This document shows positions 29,538 through 39,139 of a DNA stretch of 50,820 nt, piece after piece. Position numbers and translations under genes: made by a program. The notes below the pieces were generated by a model. That model was not told the DNA's origin. It made no database searches and saw nothing but the letters and a program-made list of their open reading frames with translations. The stretch is from positions 1 to 50,820 of the forward strand of contig JBHLKK010000005.1 in NCBI GenBank assembly GCA_048886745.1. The letters run 5' to 3'. Each line of letters starts with the position of its first letter. Positions within the stretch are counted from its first letter, which is position 1. This DNA is from Candidatus Hodarchaeota archaeon. GTDB lineage: Archaea; Asgardarchaeota; Odinarchaeia; Odinarchaeales; JBHLKK01.

Positions 29538-29953
29538 ACCAATTTCAGACGTCGATCGTGGAGGCAATCAATTCTCTTCTTATATACCTTAGTGATTTTG
29601 ATTCTATCATTATCATAAAGTCCATTTGGAATGCATTGCTTATTATATTTACAGGAGACCTGGTTGCACCCCGAGAGTTTTAATGTTATGGTGGCGCCTT
29701 CAAAAGCCGTTTTAGCATCAATTATGGCCTTGATCTTTGCTTCCTCAACTTCTACCACAATTATGTCCCCTTCATAAAGACTACAGGGATGCTTCTTTTT
29801 CTTCACTCTGACAATCTTGTAGATGCGCCCAGGTTCGAGATTGCCTGTGCATACTTGGCGTAGATTACAGCTCTCACAATCTTCAAACGAGTCGTCAAAA
29901 ATGAACTCCGTGCCAACTTTCGCTTGTTTCTCTCCAATTGTTGCAATCGGCAT
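29498..29953 (-). CDS. UPF0179 family protein
   Basis: TIGEKQAKVG.EF, CxxC...C, LEPGRIY motifs. Confidence 0.85.
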   Translation of the reverse strand: MPIATIGEKQAKVGTEFIFDDSFEDCESCNLRQVCTGNLEPGRIYKIVRVKKKKHPCSLYEGDIIVVEVEEAKIKAIIDAKTAFEGATITLKLSGCNQVSCKYNKQCIPNGLYDNDRIKITKVYKKRIDCLHDRRLKLVQLRRSSFVKAST

Positions 29954-29986
29954 TCTACACATCCCCTATGTTAGTTACTCTTTCCA

Positions 29987-30220
29987 TCAATAAAAATGAT
30001 ACAAATCGGATTTCGTCGAGACTGAGATCAGAAATGCGTCAACACAGAAAAATCCTTTTTGTGGATGAGTAAAATTGCAATGAGGATCATCTAATGCCTT
30101 CAATACCTGTTGATATTCTGATCTTAAAGGGTGGTGACCTCTCATTTTTTGAAACTCAAAAATGATCCTGTAAAGACAATCTTTGTAATAGAGTAATTCG
30201 GAAATATCCCATCCTGTCAA
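29987..30220 (-). CDS. Possible small hypothetical protein (77 aa)
   Basis: Fills the gap between egsA and UPF0179 on the same strand; no recognised motif. Confidence 0.35.
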   Translation of the reverse strand: MTGWDISELLYYKDCLYRIIFEFQKMRGHHPLRSEYQQVLKALDDPHCNFTHPQKGFFCVDAFLISVSTKSDLYHFY

Positions 30221-30221
30221 G

Positions 30222-31283
30222 CTAATTGATTACTCCTGTGATTTTTGCCAGCCGTTCGGCAGCCTCCCTCGTTAGGCCTTTTACACCTAGTATTGTATAT
30301 CTTTCTGGCCTTATTTTATGCGCATTGCATAGGGCCTCTATTATGTTCCCTGAGCTTACACCTAATTCTTCTGCTGTAGTCGGGGAGCCAATTTCCTTTA
30401 ATGCGTCGCGTATCTTTTGCCAATCCCCTCCATGAAGATGCATCATCATTATGGCACCTACGCCACATTGCTCTCCATGCATTGCTCGATTCTTTGTAAG
30501 CAAATCTAAGCTATGACTAAACATATGTTCTGAACCGCTTGCAGGACGACTACTACCTGCAATTCCCATGGCAACACCACTGGAGATTAATCCCTCCAAA
30601 ACTATTCTTATGCTTTCATCTACTTTTTGCTTGATTAATGATGCATTGCGGATTACAAGTTCTGCACACATTCGAGAGAGAGAAGCCGAATATTCTCCGT
30701 AGTATTCGTTTCTTAGCTTGTATGAAAGTTCCCAATCCTTCACAGCCGTAGAATTTGCGATTAAATCACCACACCCTGATGCTAAGAGACGATAAGGCGC
30801 TTTAGCTATGACATCCGTGTCTGCAATAATCGCTATCGGTGATTCAGCTTTAATTGAATGTGGCTTTTTCCCCCCTTTGATCGAAGCCCTAGGCGAGGCT
30901 ATTCCGTCGTGAGAAGCAGTTGTTGGTATACTTATGAACGGCAATCTCTCACCGGTAGAGGAAAGCTTTGTAATGTCAATAACTCTGCCTCCTCCTACCC
31001 CTAAGACTATCGAAGGTTGAACTGATTTTATCTTTTTTTGAACAGTAGTCACCGTTTCTAGTGTTGCGCTATCCACCATTATTGTGGAAGCGTCAAATTC
31101 TGCTCCCGAAAGAGAATCGACAACAGTTTGTCCTGCAATCTTCATTGTGTGTGGACCGGATATAACCAGAGCATTTCCACTATAACCGAGTCTCGAACAT
31201 ATGTCTCCTACAATTGCTAGAGTGTTGCTTCCGATAGTTATCTCTCTGGGAAGCTGCATTTTATGTATTGACAATGGCGACAT
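30222..31283 (-). CDS. egsA: sn-glycerol-1-phosphate dehydrogenase
   Basis: GVGGGRVID, PTTASHDGIASP, SRPASGSEH, HGEQCG. Confidence 0.96.
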   Translation of the reverse strand: MSPLSIHKMQLPREITIGSNTLAIVGDICSRLGYSGNALVISGPHTMKIAGQTVVDSLSGAEFDASTIMVDSATLETVTTVQKKIKSVQPSIVLGVGGGRVIDITKLSSTGERLPFISIPTTASHDGIASPRASIKGGKKPHSIKAESPIAIIADTDVIAKAPYRLLASGCGDLIANSTAVKDWELSYKLRNEYYGEYSASLSRMCAELVIRNASLIKQKVDESIRIVLEGLISSGVAMGIAGSSRPASGSEHMFSHSLDLLTKNRAMHGEQCGVGAIMMMHLHGGDWQKIRDALKEIGSPTTAEELGVSSGNIIEALCNAHKIRPERYTILGVKGLTREAAERLAKITGVIN

Positions 31284-31476
31284 CTTCTCACCCCAATGCG
31301 TTAAAATAGGGATAGATCAATATTATAAATAGATTCATATATTTATGTTAACAAATTTGAGATCGTGGAACGTTATCTTTAAATACACGTAAGAAAAACA
31401 CACTATAAGCCTATCTTATATTTGTGCTCCGAGTTTTTAGAAACTTATCTTACGAAACCCATCTGAGGCATAATCC

Positions 31477-32145
31477 ATGTACCATTCATATACAAATGAG
31501 CAAATGCAAAGGCTCCTTACTGGAACAACAACGGTTGGTGTTGTCTGCAAGGATGGTGTAGTCCTGGCTACTGATAGAAGAGCTGTTTCCGGGCGTCTTG
31601 TAGCTCACAAGCACGCGGAGAAAATATTTGAGGTCGATACTCACCTGGGGGCAACAATAGCGGGCTCCGTAGCTGATGCGCAAACCGCAATGGACATATT
31701 GCAAGCATCTGCCCGTTTATATAGAATTCAGAAGGAGGCCCCTATTCGTGTTGGTGCTGCGGCTCGACTGCTTGCAAACATCTTTTTCCAGTCGAGACTA
31801 TTTCCTTATGTTTTACAAGTTGTTATTGGTGGACTAGATGACACGGGACCTCGATTGTTCATACTGGATCTTTTTGGAAGTGTAGTCGAAGATAAGTACG
31901 CCTCAACAGGATCGGGGTCACCAGTTGCTTATGGAGTTTTGGAGGATTCATTTAATAGTAAATTAACCATTAGGGATGCAATACCCCTAGCTATCCGTGC
32001 GGTTCATTCTGCCCTTGAACGGGATGTTGCCACTGGAAACGGGATTGATGTTGTAACAATTACAAAATCGGGCTTTAGTAAAACGCCCGAAGAAGAAGTT
32101 TGGGCAGAAATAGAGAAACTGGCTGCAACCAAAAAACGGCATTAG
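31477..32145 (+). CDS. psmB: Proteasome beta subunit
   Basis: TG|TTTVG catalytic Thr, GSGS, RDVATG. Confidence 0.96.
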   Translation: MYHSYTNEQMQRLLTGTTTVGVVCKDGVVLATDRRAVSGRLVAHKHAEKIFEVDTHLGATIAGSVADAQTAMDILQASARLYRIQKEAPIRVGAAARLLANIFFQSRLFPYVLQVVIGGLDDTGPRLFILDLFGSVVEDKYASTGSGSPVAYGVLEDSFNSKLTIRDAIPLAIRAVHSALERDVATGNGIDVVTITKSGFSKTPEEEVWAEIEKLAATKKRH

Positions 32146-32208
32146 ATTGCCCCAAACACGTCTTGACCAAACTTCTAAACACTACATTCTCCAGGAGGAG
32201 ATAAGAGT

Positions 32209-34116
32209 TTGTTATCTAAGGAAGTTCTAGGTGAAATAAAGGAACAAATAACAAGCGAATTGCCAAGCGATGCTATGATCTCTCGTATCGAGTTTGAGGG
32301 ACCTGAAATCGCCGTTTACTCAAAGAATCCATTAGTTCTGATGGATAATGGCGAAACAATAAAAAACCTTGTAAGGCAAATCAGAAAAAGAATCGTTCTA
32401 AGATCTGACCCGTCTGTTAGAACTCTTCCGGAAGATGCTGAAAAGAAGATACGGGAATTAGTACCGGAAGATGCAGAAATAACCCAAATCTATTTTGATC
32501 AGAGCGTTGGCGAAGTTGTAATTGAAGCTAAAAAACCAGGCTTAGTCATAGGAAGAAGCGGTACGACTCTAAAAGATATAACAAAATCGACTTTGTGGCG
32601 TCCCTCCGTCATAAGAACTCCTCCCATTAACTCCAAAACCATTATGCAAATACGACATCTTCTTCAGAATGAAGGAGAAAAAAGAAAGCAGACTCTCCGA
32701 AATATGGGTGAAAGGATTCATAGACCACTTGTTTTCAAAGAGAATTGGATTCGAATGACTACTCTGGGCGGTTTCAGAGAGGTAGGGCGAACAGCAATGC
32801 TTGCCCAAACACCTGAGAGTAGTGTATTAATCGACTGTGGTGTCAATGTGGGCTCATCTATTCATGCTTTTCCGCGTCTGGATGTGCCAGAATTTATCAT
32901 AGAATCCTTAGATGCGGTAGTTATCACACATGCTCACCTCGATCATTCTGGTTTTCTTCCGTACTTATTCAAGTATGGATATGATGGACCGGTTTACTGT
33001 ACAAGTGCCACCCGAAATCTTATGACTCTGCTCCAATTGGACTACCTAGATGTTGCTCAAAGAGAGGGAAAGCTTCTACCATATAGCCAGAAAGATATCA
33101 AGAAGACCGTGCTTCATGCTATTCCCTTGGAATTTGGTGAGGTTACCGACATAGCACCTGATATTAGACTAACATTGCATAACGCTGGCCACATCCTAGG
33201 TTCTGCCATTGTGCACTTACATGTAGGCGAAGGCCTTCACAACATCGCATATACTGGTGATTTTAAATTTGCCAGAACACGTCTGCTCGAACAGGCCATC
33301 TCCAACTTCCCCCGTCTTGAGACTTTGATAATCGAAAGCACCTATGGCAGCTCCAAGGATAATATGCCGCCGAGAAGAGAATCAGAACGGCGGCTGGTGA
33401 ATGCCATAAATGAGACAACAAACAATGGAGGAAAGGTTCTAATACCTGTTTTAGCAGTAGGGCGGGCTCAGGAGCTTATAGTAGTCATCGAGGAATACAT
33501 GAGAAAAGGCATACTTAATGAAGTTCCTGTTTACATAGATGGCATGATATCTGAAGCTACAGCAATTCACACAACTCATCCAGAATATCTTGCAAACAAT
33601 CTTCGAGAGAAGATATTCCACTATGGTCATAATCCATTCTTGGCTGACTTCTTTGTACAAGTAGACAATATGAATGAACGAACTGATATAGTGGAAGGGG
33701 ATCCTTGTGTGATCATGGCCACCTCAGGGATGTTAACTGGTGGCCCTTCGGTAGAGTATTTCCGGCTGATGGCCTCAGATACAAGAAACAGCGTAATCTT
33801 TGTAAGCTATCAAGCGGAAGGTACATTGGGACGAAGGATTCAGAAAGGTTGGCACGAAATCCCCATGCGATCTAGAAATGGACGTACAGAAATCGTAAAC
33901 GTAAATGCCAATCTACACACAATTGAAGGCTTCTCTGGCCACTCAGACAGGAGACAATTAATGAATTTTGTTCAAAATATCTCACCAAAACCCGAAAACA
34001 TTATTACATGTCATGGTGAAAGCTCCAAATGCTTGAATCTGGCCAGCGCAATTCACAAGGTCTACCGTTTAGAAACAGATGCTCCGCAGAATCTGGAAAC
34101 AATCCGTATTAAATAA
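32209..34116 (+). CDS. Beta-CASP ribonuclease aCPSF1/FttA
   Basis: N-terminal KH domains, HAHLDH, AGHILG, FSGHSD; next to psmB. Confidence 0.96.
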   Translation: MLSKEVLGEIKEQITSELPSDAMISRIEFEGPEIAVYSKNPLVLMDNGETIKNLVRQIRKRIVLRSDPSVRTLPEDAEKKIRELVPEDAEITQIYFDQSVGEVVIEAKKPGLVIGRSGTTLKDITKSTLWRPSVIRTPPINSKTIMQIRHLLQNEGEKRKQTLRNMGERIHRPLVFKENWIRMTTLGGFREVGRTAMLAQTPESSVLIDCGVNVGSSIHAFPRLDVPEFIIESLDAVVITHAHLDHSGFLPYLFKYGYDGPVYCTSATRNLMTLLQLDYLDVAQREGKLLPYSQKDIKKTVLHAIPLEFGEVTDIAPDIRLTLHNAGHILGSAIVHLHVGEGLHNIAYTGDFKFARTRLLEQAISNFPRLETLIIESTYGSSKDNMPPRRESERRLVNAINETTNNGGKVLIPVLAVGRAQELIVVIEEYMRKGILNEVPVYIDGMISEATAIHTTHPEYLANNLREKIFHYGHNPFLADFFVQVDNMNERTDIVEGDPCVIMATSGMLTGGPSVEYFRLMASDTRNSVIFVSYQAEGTLGRRIQKGWHEIPMRSRNGRTEIVNVNANLHTIEGFSGHSDRRQLMNFVQNISPKPENIITCHGESSKCLNLASAIHKVYRLETDAPQNLETIRIK

Positions 34117-34124
34117 AGATTTAG

Positions 34125-34577
34125 CTATACGGCTTCCTTGGGTTTCTTCCTCCTCCAGATTCGGACAAACGACGGCGTCACAATTATGTAGTTGTCACCC
34201 AACTGTGCTATGTCCCCCCTTAGACTTCTACAAAGTCCGCGGAGTCGATCTACTGTTCTTTTTAGCTCATTTGTGGCAGAGTCTCCTTTATGCACAAGAG
34301 GAGATACATTCAACACTAGGATATTTCCCTCTTCTAATTCATTGGCAATAGCAGGGACATCGTCAAGTCCGTATAAAGAAATGGATTTAATATAAATCTC
34401 TTCGAGACCAATTCTTTCCTCATCAAGGGGTTCCTCATCAAATACTCCTAATTCCTTTAGATATTCCTCTCCCTCTACAACGGACTCCTCATAGATAATG
34501 TCTCTTTCCTGGTCATCTATTTTGTTCTTTTCACGTCCTCTGCCAAAAAGTTTCTTGAGTATTCCCAATAATACCAC
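34125..34577 (-). CDS. sepF: Archaeal SepF cell-division protein
   Basis: N-terminal amphipathic LGILKKLFG; GNILVLNV; GDIAQLGDNYIIVTP. Confidence 0.85.
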   Translation of the reverse strand: MVLLGILKKLFGRGREKNKIDDQERDIIYEESVVEGEEYLKELGVFDEEPLDEERIGLEEIYIKSISLYGLDDVPAIANELEEGNILVLNVSPLVHKGDSATNELKRTVDRLRGLCRSLRGDIAQLGDNYIIVTPSFVRIWRRKKPKEAV

Positions 34578-34766
34578 CTAATGTGAGTGTATACCTTTAG
34601 GTTAGTTTTAGATTAGACAAAGGTCGAATTTTAAGCTTTATGTTATCTGGGAAATACCAAATATGTTTGCCTTGTTTTCTTGGCTAAGGCAACTTGCCAC
34701 ACCTTCATTCTTGGAGGTACAATCATTTTAAACTAGGGAAGTCAAGTCGTGTCAAGCTAGCAGTAA

Positions 34767-35291
34767 CTATATCTTTCCTCCCTTTTTCTGAAATGTCTTA
34801 ATAAAACCCCAGATAGTGTCTCCCACGTGATGAAGATTGTCTACTGCGCGTCCTCTTTTGCTTGTTTTAATTTCTATTGCGCTCATAAGCGCAATTCCAA
34901 TAGCCAGCGGCCTTTTGTGGATTTCATCAACAATTACAACAATATCTCCGATTTCGATACCTTTGTCCGTCTCAACTATTCCTGGAGCCATTATTGCAGC
35001 TCCACGGGCAACGTAGGGGACAGCACCCGTATCGACCACTACGTGAGGAAGTTTAACCCTGCCTTCCAAAAGGGCGTGTAGCGCGGGAAAAATCATCTCT
35101 CTGTTCCTAACTAGGTGAATTCTGTCATTGATTGCGTACAAGTCCATATCTTCTAAATGAATCAACTCCACCTTGGCACCCTTGGGAACCAAGAGTTCAG
35201 TATGGAACGAAAGACCTAGTAGGCTCTCCCTTAGTCTCCTCAAATCCTTTGAACTTAGGAGATGCCTTTTTCTAACCTTCATTTGATACAC
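34767..35291 (-). CDS. DUF1947+PUA RNA-binding protein (Tma20/MCT-1-like)
   Basis: VVDTGAVPYVARGAAIMAPGI, HHVGD. Confidence 0.88.
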   Translation of the reverse strand: MYQMKVRKRHLLSSKDLRRLRESLLGLSFHTELLVPKGAKVELIHLEDMDLYAINDRIHLVRNREMIFPALHALLEGRVKLPHVVVDTGAVPYVARGAAIMAPGIVETDKGIEIGDIVVIVDEIHKRPLAIGIALMSAIEIKTSKRGRAVDNLHHVGDTIWGFIKTFQKKGGKI

Positions 35292-35386
35292 CTTGAGGTC
35301 ATAGTATATCCTTTTCTGCCAATAATTTTAAATATGTCTCACCTAATCTTCTTTGCGTATTTATTGTTTCTTTGGAGACATGAGAT

Positions 35387-35626
35387 ATGAGCGGACAAAG
35401 ACCATTGGACTTATTGGAAAGATCGATAGACCAAAGCGTCCTTGTGAAACTAAAAGGAGGACGAGGTCTTCGAGGAAAACTAAAGGGATTTGACCAACAT
35501 ATGAATCTCATTCTAGAGGAAGCAGTGGAGCTTGTTGAAGTCGAGAGTGAACAATCTAAACCACTGGGAACAGTAGTAGTGCGCGGAGATAACGTGATTA
35601 TAATCTCACCGCCACCGACTAAATAA
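35387..35626 (+). CDS. lsm: Sm-like archaeal protein (SmAP1/Lsm)
   Basis: RPLDLL, G.LKGFDQHMNL, VRGDNV; upstream of L37e. Confidence 0.95.
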   Translation: MSGQRPLDLLERSIDQSVLVKLKGGRGLRGKLKGFDQHMNLILEEAVELVEVESEQSKPLGTVVVRGDNVIIISPPPTK

Positions 35627-35665
35627 GAAAAGCTCCTATAACAGATTATGAGGAGTTTTAGGTCT

Positions 35666-35854
35666 ATGGGAAAAGGAACACCCTCCTTTGGAAAGAAGAG
35701 CGGGAAAAAAACCCACATAAGATGTAGAAGGTGTGGACGAAGATCCTATCATGTTCAGAAAAGATACTGCGCAGCATGCGGTTTTGGAACTTCCAAACGC
35801 ATTAGAAGCTACAATTGGGGAAACAAAACTTTTAATAAAACACGAACCACATAG
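35666..35854 (+). CDS. rpl37e: 50S ribosomal protein L37e
   Basis: [24 protein letters not shown]. Confidence 0.96.
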   Translation: MGKGTPSFGKKSGKKTHIRCRRCGRRSYHVQKRYCAACGFGTSKRIRSYNWGNKTFNKTRTT

Positions 35855-35926
35855 AAAATTTGAAGGTTTAAGAACAACAATTTTGAAGTCTCCTTTCTTC
35901 GATAATGGGATTAACAGACTAAATAA

Positions 35927-36029
35927 GGGCCGGTAGATCAGCGGAAGATCGCCGCCTTGGCATGGCGGAGAGTTTCTGCCCTTGGCAGGAATCCGCAAGC
36001 CAGGGGTTCAAATCCCCTCCGGTCCACCA
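35927..36029 (+). tRNA. tRNA-Ala(GGC) with a 28-nt variable-loop intron at 45/46 (35971-35998); CCA encoded
   Basis: CCGCC-TT-GGC-AT-GGCGG arm; BHB central helix GCGG/CCGC; AGGGG-TTCAAAT-CCCCT. Confidence 0.92.
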
Positions 36030-36048
36030 GCCTTCTGGTGAGAGTGAA

Positions 36049-36372
36049 ATGGGAAATATAGAATATAGATTGGAGATTCTTAATTTGCTGGACTTCTTTC
36101 AAGCAATGGAAGGAGCAGAGATTACAGATCCATTGTTTTTTGAGGAAATCAGAAAGCTGTCTGAAGAATGCACTAAGTGCGACATCAGATCAGTGTCTTT
36201 GAAGAGATTGAAACTAAAGTCTAGAAAGAGTCTAACAAAGGAAATTTTCAATAAGATTCGATTTTCTGCTCGGTTGAAGATAACTGTTGACAACGAAAAC
36301 CACATTTTTGATCTACGCAAAATAGAATACTCAGATCTTCAAAAGCAGTTGGCACGTTTTGATAGTAGCTAA
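36049..36372 (+). CDS. Hypothetical protein (107 aa) between two tRNAs
   Basis: GGTGA RBS then ATG 36049; open until just before tRNA-Val. Confidence 0.6.
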   Translation: MGNIEYRLEILNLLDFFQAMEGAEITDPLFFEEIRKLSEECTKCDIRSVSLKRLKLKSRKSLTKEIFNKIRFSARLKITVDNENHIFDLRKIEYSDLQKQLARFDSS

Positions 36373-36390
36373 AGGGAGATCTTAAGCAAT

Positions 36391-36518
36391 TGGTGGGCGG
36401 GGAGAGATTTTCTCCCTCGAGAGAACCCCAGGGTTTCGAACTCTCGACTTTCGTGAGTCTTTTCTGGACTCTCTCCGCGTCGTCAACGCGGCATCATAAC
36501 CGACTAGACTACCCGCCC
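36391..36518 (-). tRNA. tRNA-Val(GAC) with two non-canonical introns (45/46, 24 nt; 59/60, 27 nt); CCA encoded
   Basis: GGGCGGG/CCCGCCC stem, CCGCG-TT-GAC-GA-CGCGG, GAGAG-TTCGAA[..]T-CTCTC; relaxed BHB junctions. Confidence 0.9.
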
Positions 36519-36668
36519 GCAGGCTCATTCTATCTTCTACTTGCTTTCCTTATAAAACTGTTTCATCGAATCTATTTCGAAAGTGGCAAATGCATATAAT
36601 TGTTTTGCTACATTTATCTATAGATAATTAGAAAAGCTTAAAAAATGACGGAAATCATCTAAGAGTAA

Positions 36669-36773
36669 GCGGTCGTAGTCTAGTCTGGTTTAGGACATGG
36701 GCCTGCCAATCCGTAGATTTCGTTTCGGAGAAGAACGCCCACGACCCGGGTTCAAATCCCGGCGACCGCACCA
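36669..36773 (+). tRNA. tRNA-Gly(GCC) with canonical 37/38 intron (36709-36735); CCA encoded
   Basis: GCGGTCG/CGACCGC, TGGGC-CT-GCC-A[..]C-GCCCA, CCGGG-TTCAAAT-CCCGG. Confidence 0.93.
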
Positions 36774-36876
36774 ATCCATACTTCAGTTTCACTTCTACGC
36801 TCTAAGCCCAAAAATGAGGCAGGACTCCAAAATAACGAGAATTAGAACATACCTTTTTTCGAGTATACCATAGGTC

Positions 36877-38916
36877 CTACTCTATTTTTGCTCCGGGTTT
36901 AATGTCTTTGTCCACGGTGAGGAGAACTATCTTTCCGTTATCTATGGCAGCAAGGATCATCCCCTCGCTCCTTATGTTTCTGATTTTTATTGGTTTAAGA
37001 TTGGCAAGAACGAGTATTTTTTTGTTAATAAGATCTTCCGGACTATATTGGGGAAGAACCCCGGCAACAATTTGACGGAGAATCCTTTCACCAATGTCTA
37101 CTCCTAAACGGATCAGCTTCTCTGAATTCCTTACTCTCTCTGCCTTAACTATCTTCCCGATACGGATGTCTAATTTGGCAAATTCCTCTACTGATATCTC
37201 TTCATCCGGCATAGCTACATCTTTTAGTCTTTGAAGGACCTTTTTTCGCTGTGCCTCTAACTGATCTTTTTCAATCTTTACAAAAAGTGGCTTCGGAGTC
37301 TCAATTTCAAGTCCCGCTGAAACATCTTCCAGCGCTGTATCCCATTGCTGCTCGTGAACATCTCCCCCAAGGTTGAGCATGTTCCAGATTCGTTCCGCTG
37401 TGAATGGTAAATATGGCTCTACCAAAACAGCTAATGCTTTCACAATGCGAACGCAGACGTTTATTGCGGTCTTCGCTTTTTTTGGGTCTGTTTTTACCGT
37501 GGCCCAAGGCTCCTTATCGTTCAAATATTTGTTTCCCAGTCTGGCTAGATTCATAATACTTAGAAGTCCTGACCTAAACTCGAATCTTTCGATGCTTTCG
37601 CTTATTGCCTTCTGAGTCTCATTAATATGTTCTTCGATTTGCTGATCATACTCATCATATTCAACTGCTTCAGGGATTTTCTTTTCAAAGAATCTATCCA
37701 CAAACATTAACGCTCGATGAACGAAATTTCCCAAAACATCCGCAAGCTCGTCGTTATATCTTCTTTCAAATTCTGTCCAATTGAAGTCAGCATCTTCTGT
37801 GAGTGGAGATACAGCAAGCCAATAATAACGTAGCGAATCCGGACCGAAAGCCTGAATGAATTCTCTTAGGGCAATATACCATCTTCTGCCCTTGGACATT
37901 GGTTTTCCTTCGAGATTCCCATACGCATAAGTTGGAATGACATCGGGGAGTTTATAGCCACACCCCATCAGAATTGCAGGCCAGAGTAGAGAATGATGGT
38001 AAATTATCCCCTTTCCGATGAAATGGACAAGTTCTGTGTTGACATCCTCTTCCTTGAGCCAAAAGTCCTCCCAAAGTCGCGTTTTGCCAATTTTTATTGA
38101 AAGCTCCTTAGTACTGTCAACATAACCTATCACATTTTCAAACCAAACATAAAGTACCTTCCCCTCGGCCTTCTCAAGGGGCACAGGAACTCCCCAGTCA
38201 AGATCACGACTGATACATACATCGGTTAAACCGGCGTCGAGATATTGCCGTATTATATATTGCTTTCCATAGATTGATATGGGGTCTTCTTCCTCGATCC
38301 ATTTGCGTAGTCTACTCTCAAAAGCTGAGAGTTTCAAGAACCAGTGCTCGCTTTCCCTCTCCTCAGCTGTATTTCCACAGGAACGACAACGAGGATCCAA
38401 AAGCTCTCCTACTGTTAATGCTCTGTCACAGCTCTCACACTCATCTCCTCTTGCCTCTTCAAAGCTACAGTATGGACAAGTGCCTATAACAAATCGATCA
38501 GGCAGAAACCTTATGCAGGTAGGACAGTAGGGCAAAACTATGATTTTTGAATAGATGTGCCCTTTATCGTAAAGCGTCTTAAAGAACCATTGAGCTGTTT
38601 CATAGTGAATCTCGCGTGTTGTTCTCGAAAAATTATCAAAAGATATCCCTAGTCTCTCAAAATCTTCTACATCTAATTTATAGTATCTATAAGCAATATC
38701 CTTCGGAGAAAGACCCTCGCTTTCTGCTTCAACAGAGATCGGAGTACCATGCTCGTCGGTCCCACAAACATAATAAACCTCATTTCCTTTTAGGCGTTGA
38801 TATCTGACATATATGTCTGCGGGAATATAGGTACTGCGGGCATGTGCTATGTGGAGTTCATAATTCGCGTAAGGAAGCGCTGCGGTAACTAGTATCCTTC
38901 TCTTGGGTAGTTCCAT
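36877..38916 (-). CDS. metG: Methionine--tRNA ligase with C-terminal Trbp111-like OB domain
   Basis: ALPYAN..HIAH, GTDEHG, zinc knuckles, YVWF, PMSKG. Confidence 0.96.
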   Translation of the reverse strand: MELPKRRILVTAALPYANYELHIAHARSTYIPADIYVRYQRLKGNEVYYVCGTDEHGTPISVEAESEGLSPKDIAYRYYKLDVEDFERLGISFDNFSRTTREIHYETAQWFFKTLYDKGHIYSKIIVLPYCPTCIRFLPDRFVIGTCPYCSFEEARGDECESCDRALTVGELLDPRCRSCGNTAEERESEHWFLKLSAFESRLRKWIEEEDPISIYGKQYIIRQYLDAGLTDVCISRDLDWGVPVPLEKAEGKVLYVWFENVIGYVDSTKELSIKIGKTRLWEDFWLKEEDVNTELVHFIGKGIIYHHSLLWPAILMGCGYKLPDVIPTYAYGNLEGKPMSKGRRWYIALREFIQAFGPDSLRYYWLAVSPLTEDADFNWTEFERRYNDELADVLGNFVHRALMFVDRFFEKKIPEAVEYDEYDQQIEEHINETQKAISESIERFEFRSGLLSIMNLARLGNKYLNDKEPWATVKTDPKKAKTAINVCVRIVKALAVLVEPYLPFTAERIWNMLNLGGDVHEQQWDTALEDVSAGLEIETPKPLFVKIEKDQLEAQRKKVLQRLKDVAMPDEEISVEEFAKLDIRIGKIVKAERVRNSEKLIRLGVDIGERILRQIVAGVLPQYSPEDLINKKILVLANLKPIKIRNIRSEGMILAAIDNGKIVLLTVDKDIKPGAKIE

Positions 38917-39139
38917 CCCCTCACAAAAGTATTAGTCCAGTAGAAGAAGGAATATAACAACAATCTATTTAAAGTTTCCGAGTTTGCAGGTTTTGATTCT
39001 TCTCTGCACTTGACAATTGATGAAGAATACTTTTTGAGTTTTAGAAAATACTTAGAACATATGTTCTAAATATCAGCATGAATCTAGACAGGATGGGATT
39101 TACCCTCATGTGTGTACAAAAACCTTCCTGCAAAAAAAC

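Noticed and set aside
35962-36599. ORF 36390-36599, ORF 35636-35998 and the 5' extension of 35962-36372
   Set aside because: They overlap tRNA-Ala or tRNA-Val genes and are spurious.
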